Source of the DNA: an uncultured delta proteobacterium
Lineage (GTDB): Bacteria > Desulfobacterota > Syntrophobacteria > Syntrophobacterales > Syntrophobacteraceae
Assembly (NCBI GenBank): GCA_963808625.1
Contig: CAWEHK010000008.1
Coordinates: forward strand, 192,001-256,000
Length of the DNA stretch: 64,000 bases
Direction: 5' to 3'
Positions 53,297-62,441 of this stretch are shown piece after piece. A program made the translations under genes and the position numbers. Within the stretch, counting starts at the first letter, position 1; the number at the start of each line of letters is the position of its first letter. A model generated the notes under the pieces. The model saw only the letters and a list, made by a program, of their open reading frames with translations. It searched no databases and had not been told where the DNA came from.

Positions 53297-53911
53297 CTAT
53301 TTCTTGTAGATATCCGTCGTGGTGACGTTCATGCACCGTTGGGCCACACCTTCCTTATGATAATAAACCCGGATCTCGTCTCCGGCATCCCAGGTGCTGT
53401 CGGGAAGGGCAAAATATTCGTCCGGAAGCGAGAAGGTGACCAGGACCTTCTGTCGGCCGGAGTAAATGGTGATGGTCTTCTTTTCCTTGTCCACCGCCGG
53501 GAATTTCTTGGCCTTCTTCTCAGCCGCGTCATAGACCAGCGGATCAATCTTCTCCACGTTTTCTTTCTGGTCGATCAGGGTGTAGTCGAGGGTTTTGAAA
53601 TTCTGTGCAGCCGGATCATAAATCACAATCTGCTTGGCCTTGGTATCCAGCTTCATACGGCCGCCGGGTTTCGGTTCCTGGCCCATTTCCATGGGATCTT
53701 TGGGCAGGGCGTAGGTCATGGGCGGCAGATGAGTGTAGTCCGGGTTTTTCGAATCATTGGCAGTGTCCCGGATGATCGTGGCCGTCCACTTCTCCTTATC
53801 GAATTTGACCACCCGACCCTGGTCCACCTTTCCATATTCGCCACAACTCACCACCAGGGCCAGTGGCAGAATGATCAAAAGCGTCATCAACCAGTTGCGT
53901 TTCATTGCCAT
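53297..53911 (-). CDS. Lipoprotein, DUF4881-like
   Basis: Lipobox LVVSC; GKVDQGRVV, EMG.EPK.GGRMKLD, W.AGDE.R.YY, MNVT.TDI; family name is from recall. Confidence 0.75.
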   Translation of the reverse strand: MAMKRNWLMTLLIILPLALVVSCGEYGKVDQGRVVKFDKEKWTATIIRDTANDSKNPDYTHLPPMTYALPKDPMEMGQEPKPGGRMKLDTKAKQIVIYDPAAQNFKTLDYTLIDQKENVEKIDPLVYDAAEKKAKKFPAVDKEKKTITIYSGRQKVLVTFSLPDEYFALPDSTWDAGDEIRVYYHKEGVAQRCMNVTTTDIYKK

Positions 53912-53966
53912 ATTACTCTCCCTCTCTTTCGAAGTCCAACTCTCGGAACTTTCCGCTCGGACACCA

Positions 53967-55028
53967 TTAGCTTCCCATAGCTGCTTTCTTGCGCCGTACT
54001 TCCTCTGCCGCTCCCTGAAACATCTTGACGGAGATATAGACCGACAGGGCAGCGACAACCCCCAGCACGACCACGGTGGCGAGGGTATCGCAAATGGCCT
54101 GGACGGAAGGAACGTACATGGGAATGATTTTCAAAATGACCGAAATGGTACAGCCCACCACGGCACAGCCAAACGCAACGCGAATGCCGTAGCCCTTGAT
54201 GTATTTGGTGGCGACCGCGCCAATCTGAGCTCCCATGGACGCCCCCACCAGCATGATGATGGCCGCAACGAGTTCGACCCGGCCCTTGTAGGTATAGGTA
54301 GCCGCGCCGTAGAGGCCCGAGATCATGACTTCAAAGAGGTCGGTGCCCACCGCGACGTGGGTCGGACAGCCAAGGATATAGATCAAAGCGGGCATCCGGA
54401 TGAGACCACCGCCGATGCCAAGGATACCAGCGAGCCAACCCGTGAGGAAGCTCACCATGATGGGCAGCCAGGCCGAACAATAGATGCCGGCCACGTGGAG
54501 ATGCACCATGGGAGGGATCTTGATTTTGTGAAAGGTCTTGTGCCATTCGAGACCCGTAGCCAGGGCATCCAGTTCCTCGCCCGCGGCCGCGGCTTCTCTT
54601 TCCTTCTTTCTTCGCTTGGCTATATCGCTGAAGACCATCCAGGTGATGAGAAGGAGCAGCAGGACGTAAAGCCAGCGGACAATCATATCCACCTGGCCGA
54701 TGCGTTCCAGCCACATGATCATCTGGGCGCCGACTTCAAAACCGATGACCGTGCCGACCAGCATGATCAGGCCGAGCTTGTAGTCCACGTTCCCGAACTT
54801 GCCGTGGCGCATGGTGGAGATGAGGGATTTCCCGGCCATGTGCGCAATGTCCGTGCCAATGGCAAAAGCCATGGGAAAACCGAGGATGTTCAGGCCGGGA
54901 GTCACCATCCAGGCACCGCCCATACCAAAGAAACCGCCAATGATGCCCACGCCGATTCCCAGAATGATCAAACCTGGCCAGAATATATGGACACCCGCAA
55001 TGGGCATGAGAACATAAAGCCAATCCAT
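53967..55028 (-). CDS. TauE/SafE (TSUP) family transporter 2
   Basis: GVGIIGGFFGMGGAWMVTP, AIGTDIAH, RH.KFGNVD, GIGGGLIRMPAL...AVGTDL. Confidence 0.92.
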   Translation of the reverse strand: MDWLYVLMPIAGVHIFWPGLIILGIGVGIIGGFFGMGGAWMVTPGLNILGFPMAFAIGTDIAHMAGKSLISTMRHGKFGNVDYKLGLIMLVGTVIGFEVGAQMIMWLERIGQVDMIVRWLYVLLLLLITWMVFSDIAKRRKKEREAAAAGEELDALATGLEWHKTFHKIKIPPMVHLHVAGIYCSAWLPIMVSFLTGWLAGILGIGGGLIRMPALIYILGCPTHVAVGTDLFEVMISGLYGAATYTYKGRVELVAAIIMLVGASMGAQIGAVATKYIKGYGIRVAFGCAVVGCTISVILKIIPMYVPSVQAICDTLATVVVLGVVAALSVYISVKMFQGAAEEVRRKKAAMGS

Positions 55029-55080
55029 AAAAATACCTCCTGTTTTGGGTTGGGGTGGCGATTGCCGTCAACAATCGCCA

Positions 55081-55380
55081 TTAGTGTTCCGCGAGGTCCC
55101 GCGACTTCAGATCAATGCCGATGTGGGACATGACGATATCGGCCAGCGTCCCGAAGATTACCCCAATCAAAGGGATCAGAATGATGGTCACGATCGTGAA
55201 ATAGACATGGCTTTCATTGTACAGATCGCCCCACCAGGCCATCAGGCCGCTGAGCTTGCGCGTGTCGGCGACAATGACCACCGGTGCCGCGCCGCCCCCA
55301 CCGGCTGCCAGCACCATCCCGGGCAACAGGAGAGAGACCAGGGTCCCCAGTCCAAGAAGTTTTGTCCATAATCTCCGCAT
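55081..55380 (-). CDS. DVU0150-like small membrane protein
   Basis: Signal peptide, VIVADTRKL.G..AWW.DLYNES, GIDL.SRDLAEH; family name is from recall. Confidence 0.75.
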   Translation of the reverse strand: MRRLWTKLLGLGTLVSLLLPGMVLAAGGGGAAPVVIVADTRKLSGLMAWWGDLYNESHVYFTIVTIILIPLIGVIFGTLADIVMSHIGIDLKSRDLAEH

Positions 55381-55511
55381 GTTTGATAACCTCCCTTTGC
55401 TAAAATTCTAAATCGGAACGCAGCCTCAAGCCTCGTAGCAAATTATTTCTTCGGAAAGCAAGCCGCCCGGAACCATCTTCCTCCAGGATTCTTCCCGACG
55501 TCCCGCTCCCT

Positions 55512-55925
55512 TCACCTGATCACGGCAACCGAACAAGGGGCACTGGCGACGACCTTTGCCGCCGTACTGCCGATCAACAACCTCTTCAAGCCGCTGTGCC
55601 CGGTGCTTCCCATCAGGACAAGATCGAACTTTCCCTCTTCCGCCTTGCTGATAATATTGTTGGCGGGTACATAGCCCGCTTCGAGGATGGTCTCGACCTT
55701 GATGCCCTTCTCGTCAAAGAGCGCTTTCGCTTTCTTCAAGGCATCGGCAGCTTGAGCTTCCAGTTTTTCCTGGATGTTCAAGGGAATCTCATCGAGGTCT
55801 TCCCTTGAAAAGAAGGCGACGGAAATCAGGGTGATCTCATCACCCTCCCTTTCCGCCAACTCTATCGCCCTCCTCACGGCCTTCAGGGAATGCTCCGACC
55901 CGTCCGTTGCGACAAGAATCTTCAT
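55512..55925 (-). CDS. Universal stress protein
   Basis: KILVATDGSEHS...DLVLMGSTG.SGL..LLIGS.A.KVV..APCSV. Confidence 0.93.
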   Translation of the reverse strand: MKILVATDGSEHSLKAVRRAIELAEREGDEITLISVAFFSREDLDEIPLNIQEKLEAQAADALKKAKALFDEKGIKVETILEAGYVPANNIISKAEEGKFDLVLMGSTGHSGLKRLLIGSTAAKVVASAPCSVAVIR

Positions 55926-56183
55926 AAAAACCTCCCTTCCTCTTTTAAGTGGCTACAAACGTGGCGCCTCTCTTCAGGTTTGAGAGAAGATCTCCACCCT
56001 CACAATCTCCAAGTTCCTTTCATTTCAGGGTAAGGCCGGTCGCTCCCGGAAGTTTCTTCAAAGAGACCCGGACCACTTCCTGCAGTTGGTCGAAAACGGT
56101 CGTTTCACGTGAGGAGAGGAGCAGTATCGGAGGATGAATTCGTCGTTTAACAGTCACTCGATGGTCAACCGGTTATGGCTTTG

Positions 56184-56199
56184 AGCAATATTTATACCA
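56184..56199 (-). promoter_or_regulatory. Putative sigma-54 promoter for the USP-TSUP operon 2
   Basis: TGGTATAAATATTGCT (GG-N10-GC); palindrome GTGTCA-N9-TGACAC at 56297-56317 is a candidate UAS. Confidence 0.6.
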
Positions 56200-56319
56200 T
56201 ACCATTGATACGATGCTCTGCCACGAAATTGCGAGCCTCGGCGGCCTGATCAATCCCTTCCTCAAGAGGCAACAGTGAAACTTCCAGGCGACAGGTGTGT
56301 CATGCGCCGGGTGACACTC

Positions 56320-56715
56320 TCACAGGATGGAAGCCTGGGCCATGGGGAAAAATTCTTCGATTTTCTTTCTGATTGACTCCACTTTGATGGGTTTGAAGAT
56401 ATGGCCCTGGGCCCCCAGGGTGAAGGCCTCACCGAGATGTTCCTTTTGGTGAAGGAAGGCGTTCACTACGACAACCACCTCCGGGAACCGCCTTTTGATC
56501 TTTTTGAGAAGCTTGAAATCACTCTCCCTGGCAATGCTCAAGTCGATCAGCGTGAGGACGAAGGGGATATCCTGAAGGAGGTCGAAAGCCTCCTCTTCTC
56601 CCGCCGCCAGGTAACACTTGCAGTCCCGGCGAACCTCAATGGCGCGCGCGAACAATTCACTCACATCGCGATCCGCCTCCAGGATGAGAATGTTCTTGCG
56701 GTTTGGTTCGGTCAT
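56320..56715 (-). CDS. Atypical single-domain response regulator
   Basis: ILILEAD...LIDLS...VVNAF...IFKP; conserved Thr/Ser replaced by Asn. Confidence 0.75.
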   Translation of the reverse strand: MTEPNRKNILILEADRDVSELFARAIEVRRDCKCYLAAGEEEAFDLLQDIPFVLTLIDLSIARESDFKLLKKIKRRFPEVVVVVNAFLHQKEHLGEAFTLGAQGHIFKPIKVESIRKKIEEFFPMAQASIL

Positions 56716-56902
56716 GCTGAGAACGCTTTCCGCTCCCGGGAGAAGAGCCAGGCTCAAGTGGGCCGAAGACTCGTTGCATGGTTGTCAGCGCATCAACGGC
56801 AAATATCGGCGAATTCCTTATCGGGGAAGAACAATATCAATTACTGTGCCAGACTAAGCCGGCATCTGAAATAGGGGCGCAGGGCAGACACTGAGGCAAA
56901 CC

Positions 56903-57050
56903 GATATCGAACATCGAACCGCACAGGGTGAAGGATCGAACCGCAGAATATCGAACCGCAGAAAGTCGAAGGGTGCGCCTGTTCACAGTTTGAAGTTCGT
57001 CTTCCCACCCCTTCGATATTCGTGATTCGATTTTCGTTATTCGGTATTCG
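56903..57050. repeat. Inverted pair of CGAA-based short-repeat tracts overlapping the kinase stop
   Basis: ATATCGAACATCGAA...TCGAAGGG faces CCCTTCGATATTCGTGATTCGATTTTCGTTATTCGGTATTCG. Confidence 0.65.
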
Positions 57051-59265
57051 CTTTTTGTAGAGGTATCCGAAGGGTGAATGTAGTACCGGAAGCCCCCGGT
57101 CGGTCGGCCTCGGTGTGACTTTCACACTCTATCGTCCCGCCATACTGAGTGACAATGCCATAGCTCACGGAAAGGCCCAGGCCCGTGCCTTCTCCCACCT
57201 TCTTCGTGGTGAAGAAGGGATCGAAGATCCGGGGCAGGAATTCCTTCTCGATGCCGCAACCGGTGTCCGAAACCAGCACCTCGGCCCAACCGGCTTCTCC
57301 TTCGCAGCGGGTCGATACGTTAAGCACCCCCTTGCCGTTCATCGCATGAAGCGCGTTGCTGATGAGGTTCAACAGCACCTGCTGCAGGCCTTTGGAATCA
57401 ATGCCGGCAATTCCCACTCCCTCTTCGAGGTTGGCAATCAGTTTGATATTGTTCATGCTAAGGGTGTGCTTGACGACGGCAAGGATGGCCTCAACACTGG
57501 CGTTCACGTTGCAGTACGCTTCGGTCTCTTCGCTGATCCTGGCAAAGTTGAGCAGCCTCTCGATGATGCTCTTGCAGTGCAATCCATGCCGTTCGATGGT
57601 CTTCAGATCGTTATACTCCATGGTGCCCGGCGCCATTCTCTCCAGCAGCAGCTCACAAAACCCCATCATGATCCCGAGAGGGTTGTTGATCTCATGCGCC
57701 ACGCCCGAAGCCAGGGTCCCCAGGGACGCCAGTTTCTCCGTGTTGATCAGTTGTTTTTCGAGGCTTTTTCGCTCCGTTACGTCGCGCCCTATGGCAAGAA
57801 CGTAATCCTCACCACTGCCTTCATCCCTTACCGGAAGGAATTGGAGATGAAACCAGAATTCCTGGTTATGAATCTTGAAGATGGTTTCAGTCCGCTGGCT
57901 GATCCCGGACCGCAGCACCTCGTTGACAATGCGCAACTGATCTTCCGTTTGATCCAGCGAAAGCAGGCAGTAGAGGCTTTGACCGGCCAGTTCGTCCATG
58001 TTGACGCCAAAGAGCTTGGACATGTATTGGTTCATGGATTTGATGATGCCGTCGCCATCGAGAGTGAAGATGAGCTCCTCGGCATTTTCCGCCAGTGCGC
58101 TGAACCTTGCCTCCGAGGTTTTCAGATCTTTTGCCTGCCGGTGAAGATCATCGACTTTCGCGCTCACCTCCTGTTCAAGGGCATTTGCCCAACGCCATTC
58201 ATAAAGCACCCCGACGAACCCCCCCAGGAGGATAAGGAGGAGCACCAGGCCTTCGAGGAAAACCTGCCGCCCGTAGACGGTCGTGATAATCCCCTCAACC
58301 TCGTCGGCAGGGGCAACGACGGCCACCGACCAGACATAGTCCATAAAGGGTCCCTGGATACGGACTGGAGCAAAAGCAATCAGTTTTTCCATCGGTTCGA
58401 TCAGCTCGCGATGCCAGCCCGACAGGTACTTGCCGGTGCCTTCCCGGCCTTTCATCATCTCATTGCGCTGGATGTCATTGATTTGGGCAAAAGACATTTG
58501 CGCATTGCGAATGGTGCGTATTTCAAAGGCGTTTTCCGCGATAAAACCGCTTTCCGGATGGTAAAGAAAGGTGCCGGAGGAGTCCATGACCCAGGCATAA
58601 CCGCTCCTGCCCGACCGGATCAGGGGCACAATCTGGGCGAGAAGCCGGCTGACATCGATGGTGGCTTTCAGATACCCGGCAAAGCCGTGAGACGGTTGCG
58701 GATGCAAACTGCTGATTGCTTCTTCGTAGGTCGGAATGATGAGATCCATAACGAGATGTTTGCGGTCGATGGTGGGATCTTTTGAGCGAATGCCGGTCCC
58801 CATGGTCTTTCCCCGATTGCTGAGATCGGAAGCCCAGGACAGATACACACCGGCCTCACTCTGGACCAGGTCCAGATGTTTCATGCCAATTCCCTGCTCG
58901 TTGGCGACGAAGAGCGTATGGCCATTGCGGTCGACCCGCCGGATTTCAATGATATTGTCTCGATTCAGCAGGGGAAGGGTCGAGAGAAGGAGTACTTCAT
59001 AGGAATTGGGATCACCATATTGGACCGCCGGCAGCGAGTTCAGCAGGATCAGATCCGTAATTGCCGCCTGCAGGTTGGCTTCGATCCGCTGCGCCGTTGC
59101 CCTTGCCAGGACCAGTTGTTCGGCATTGAACTGGTCTTCGATAATTACCCGCATTTGCCGGACCGTCGAAAACCCCAGATAGCAGGTCCCGGCAATCAGC
59201 AGGACCGCTAGAACGCATATTATCTTGAATCTCTTGAGAAGTTTTTGCCGTTCTCTGGCGATCAT
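57037..59265 (-). CDS. Membrane Cache-PAS histidine kinase
   Basis: Two TMs, [41 protein letters not shown]. Confidence 0.92.
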   Translation of the reverse strand: MIARERQKLLKRFKIICVLAVLLIAGTCYLGFSTVRQMRVIIEDQFNAEQLVLARATAQRIEANLQAAITDLILLNSLPAVQYGDPNSYEVLLLSTLPLLNRDNIIEIRRVDRNGHTLFVANEQGIGMKHLDLVQSEAGVYLSWASDLSNRGKTMGTGIRSKDPTIDRKHLVMDLIIPTYEEAISSLHPQPSHGFAGYLKATIDVSRLLAQIVPLIRSGRSGYAWVMDSSGTFLYHPESGFIAENAFEIRTIRNAQMSFAQINDIQRNEMMKGREGTGKYLSGWHRELIEPMEKLIAFAPVRIQGPFMDYVWSVAVVAPADEVEGIITTVYGRQVFLEGLVLLLILLGGFVGVLYEWRWANALEQEVSAKVDDLHRQAKDLKTSEARFSALAENAEELIFTLDGDGIIKSMNQYMSKLFGVNMDELAGQSLYCLLSLDQTEDQLRIVNEVLRSGISQRTETIFKIHNQEFWFHLQFLPVRDEGSGEDYVLAIGRDVTERKSLEKQLINTEKLASLGTLASGVAHEINNPLGIMMGFCELLLERMAPGTMEYNDLKTIERHGLHCKSIIERLLNFARISEETEAYCNVNASVEAILAVVKHTLSMNNIKLIANLEEGVGIAGIDSKGLQQVLLNLISNALHAMNGKGVLNVSTRCEGEAGWAEVLVSDTGCGIEKEFLPRIFDPFFTTKKVGEGTGLGLSVSYGIVTQYGGTIECESHTEADRPGASGTTFTLRIPLQKANTE

Positions 59266-59430
59266 TTTTTGTTTTCCTCTGCTTCGAAGAGTTGCGCGTT
59301 CGCGAGTTGCGGGTCAAGAAAGCAACGTGGCCTTTTCATGTGTTTTCGGGTGTCCCGAAGGGGCATAAAGAGCTGCTACCGAAAGCGCCTGGCGTGGGGT
59401 GAAACTTTCAGGTGACATTCTCATTGACTT

Positions 59431-59530
59431 GCCCCTCACATCGTGGTCAGAATAGCCGACATGAATTGGTTGATGGTTGATAGTTGATGGTTGAAGCCCC
59501 TCACGTCGTGGTCAGAATAGCCGACATGAA
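59431..59530 (+). repeat. 35-bp direct repeat flanking a 30-bp (TGGTTGA)4 tract
   Basis: GCCCCTCACRTCGTGGTCAGAATAGCCGACATGAA at 59431-59465 and 59496-59530, one mismatch. Confidence 0.9.
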
Positions 59531-59556
59531 CCGTGATTCCAACAAGGGAGGCAGAG

Positions 59557-60978
59557 ATGTCGGGAAGAATCCTCATCATTGATGATGAAAAGGACATGCT
59601 GGTCCTTTTGGAACGGATCTTGTCGGGGGCTCTTGCCGTCGAGATCACACGCACCGATGATCCCATGGAAGTGCCGGGATTGTTAAAGAAAAACAACTTC
59701 GAGGTGGTCATCACCGACCTCAAGATGCCGCAGCGAAACGGCATCCAGATTCTCGAAATGGTCAAGGAGAAAGACGAGACCACGGCCGTGATCATCATGA
59801 CCGCCTTCGGCACTATCGAATCGGCCATCGAAGCCACGCGCAAAGGGGCATACGACTATATCACCAAGCCTTTTCGGAAGGAAAGAATCCTGCACGTGGT
59901 GGAAAAAGCCATCAACTGGCAGCGGCTCCAGAAGGAAAACGTCTATCTCCGGGAAAAGCTGGGAGGAAAGCCGCAGTTTCCGGCCCTCCTTGGAGGCAGC
60001 GCCGCCATGGAGCGTTTGCACGCCCAGATCGACCGCATCGCCGGGACTTCGGCGACCGTGCTCATCACCGGTGAAAGCGGGACCGGTAAGGAATTGGTGG
60101 CGCGCGCCGTGCACATCCACAGCCAGAGAAAGACGAAACCGTTTATCCCCATTGACTGCAGCACCATTCCCGAATCACTTATTGAAAGCGAGCTTTTCGG
60201 TCATGTGAAGGGAGCGTTTACCGGTGCCATTCGGGACAAGAAGGGACTGGTCGAGGAAGCCAACAGCGGGACGCTTTTCCTGGATGAGATCGGTGACCTG
60301 AGCGTGACCATGCAGGTCAAACTCCTGCGCGTGCTCCAGGAAGGGGAATACAAGGTGGTGGGTGCGAACACCATGCGGAAGGTGGATATCCGCTTTATCG
60401 CCGCCACCAATCGGAATTTGCAGGAGCAAATCAAAAACGGAGAATTTCGTGAAGACCTCTTCTACCGCCTGAACGTCATCAACATTCATCTTCCCCCTCT
60501 GCGGCGAGAGGATGGAAGACATCCCCGTGCTGACCAGCCCATTTCATCGAAAAATACAGCGTCATTCACGGCAAGAAGGTGAAAGGAATCTGCCGGGAAG
60601 CCCTTGATCATTTGCTGTCGCGGGACTGGCCGGGCAATATCCGGGAATTGGAAAATGTCATCGAACGGGGCGTGATCATGGCCACCGGCGATATCTTGCT
60701 TGAGGAAGATCTCCTGGCCACGGACGCGCCGGGTTCTGCCGGAGCCGCCCCCGCTCATCTCGCCGATGATATCTTCGCCATGCCCTTCAAGGAGGCCAAA
60801 GACCGACTGATCGAGGAATTCCAGATGCCAATACATCGCCCGAGCCCTGGCGCGCCACGGTGGCAATGTCTCGCAGGCCGCCCGCGACTCCGGCGTCAAG
60901 CGCCAATATCTCCACCGCCTCATGCGCGACACCCACCTCGAGTCAAAGGCCTTCAGGAAGCCTGAGTCATCAGAGTAG
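59557..60978 (+). CDS. Sigma-54-dependent response regulator, NtrC family (frameshifts ~60510-60540 and ~60828)
   Basis: [62 protein letters not shown]. Confidence 0.92.
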
Positions 60979-61156
60979 TTGCGCTCTCCTCAAAGCCATA
61001 CTTGCTGAATCTAAGGGTCCGGCAATTCTCAGTTACCGCTCTGGCGGTGTTTTTGGGCACCCCGTCCTGCGCCTGAACGGGCAGTCAGTCCGGCTTTGAG
61101 AACTTCGAAGCCACGACCGATCCTTTCACTGTTGGTTACCGCCATCCAAATCTCCC

Positions 61157-61570
61157 CTATTCGCTTCCCAGAAGCTTCTTCATCTCGGCCACAAAGGCCA
61201 TGGCCTGGTCGAGGATGGCCCTCACCTCATCAGATTCAAACTGCGCGATGGGTTGATAACCGGCCCGCTGGCGGTGGTCGAAGATCCATTCATAAAACGG
61301 CCCCCACGAGACATCGATCCTTCCGGGCTTGATCAGATCTCGATGAAAACTTGCGCACACCTGGGAGTGTTTCTTCAAGGTCTTGCCTTCCTTCATGAAA
61401 AACGCTGAAACGACGTGGAAACACGCAAAGTAAATGTCTCGCAAAGCATTGGGCAGTCTCCCGGCTTCAAAGTTCACCTGTGCTGAGTCATGATCGTTTC
61501 GCGCCTTGTCGATCCAGTGACTCACAAGAACCGTGCTGTAGTCTTTCTCCTGCCGCCCCTTCTCTGTCAT
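61157..61570 (-). CDS. HEPN-domain protein
   Basis: W..KA..D...A......Y.ACFH...KKHSQV...FHR.LIK.G...R..A.Y; ATGA-coupled to MNT. Confidence 0.8.
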   Translation of the reverse strand: MTEKGRQEKDYSTVLVSHWIDKARNDHDSAQVNFEAGRLPNALRDIYFACFHVVSAFFMKEGKTLKKHSQVCASFHRDLIKPGRIDVSWGPFYEWIFDHRQRAGYQPIAQFESDEVRAILDQAMAFVAEMKKLLGSE

Positions 61571-61914
61571 GCTGCCAGTAACCCATCCCGCATGATTTCC
61601 CGATAAATTGGCAATGCGGTGAAAATACCGCCTGACCATTCCTCCATCGTGACGATCAGAATGCTTATGATCGCGTCGTGACTCATTTCGATTTCAAACA
61701 GCGCGTCGATGATGGCTTTTCGTTCTCGCCACTAAATGGAACGTGAAGAGATGAGAAGAAGATCGATATCGGAGTCCTCATCCGAATCCCCCCGGGCTTT
61801 GGACCCGTAAACGATGACCTTTTCAACGGGAAATCGCTCCCTGAGCATTTCAACGGCTGCATTGACGGCTCGGAGGTCGCGTTCAGCAAGTGGCACCTCA
61901 TTGAGAGTTCTCAT
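61567..61914 (-). pseudogene. Minimal nucleotidyltransferase (MNT) with in-frame TAG at 61732-61734
   Basis: VYGSKARGD.DEDSDIDLL; the frame continues after TAG (WRERKAIIDALFEIE...IYREIMRDG) to a TGA overlapping the HEPN start. Confidence 0.8.
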
Positions 61915-62441
61915 GCCATATCCCTCATATTCATTTGTCTTCGACCCTGACTGCTCGTTTGCCGTTGACTTGCCAACCCCGTCAACCGCGGCTAGTCTCC
62001 ACGAGACAATTTATCCACTTGCTGCTTGCCCTCGTCGGGTGGTCTTGTGAGTATCTTGATCTCTATCGTCTTTTGACGAGCTCTCTTGGAAATATGACAT
62101 ATTTGTCCGGACTCGCACAGAAGTCTTTCAATGACTTTTGAGGGTCGGTCGCATGGCTCTCTGAAATTCCTTCACGGCAGGCGAGCGGCCTTTCATTCTT
62201 CCGGTCACACCACCAGGCAACCGGGCAAGCATGCCAGTCCTTTCGGATCGCCTACCGAAGCTTTTTCCCTTGTTTTCGGAATGTGCGACAAGACAAACGC
62301 AACACCACCCGTTTCGACCGACCCCGGACTCTTTGATTCCCATTCATGGCACCCCTCACCGACCCCGAAGCCCCCAAACGCAACAAACCCTCCCCTGTTC
62401 ACCAACCGATGGGCTCTCGGATTTCAATTCCGGGAGTCCTC

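Noticed and set aside
59431..59530. Mini-CRISPR array
   Set aside because: Only two repeats, the spacer is a simple heptamer tract, and there are no cas genes in the window.
61930..62440. Possible riboswitch or ncRNA in the GC-rich intergenic stretch
   Set aside because: Only short hairpins; no recognisable riboswitch consensus could be matched by eye.
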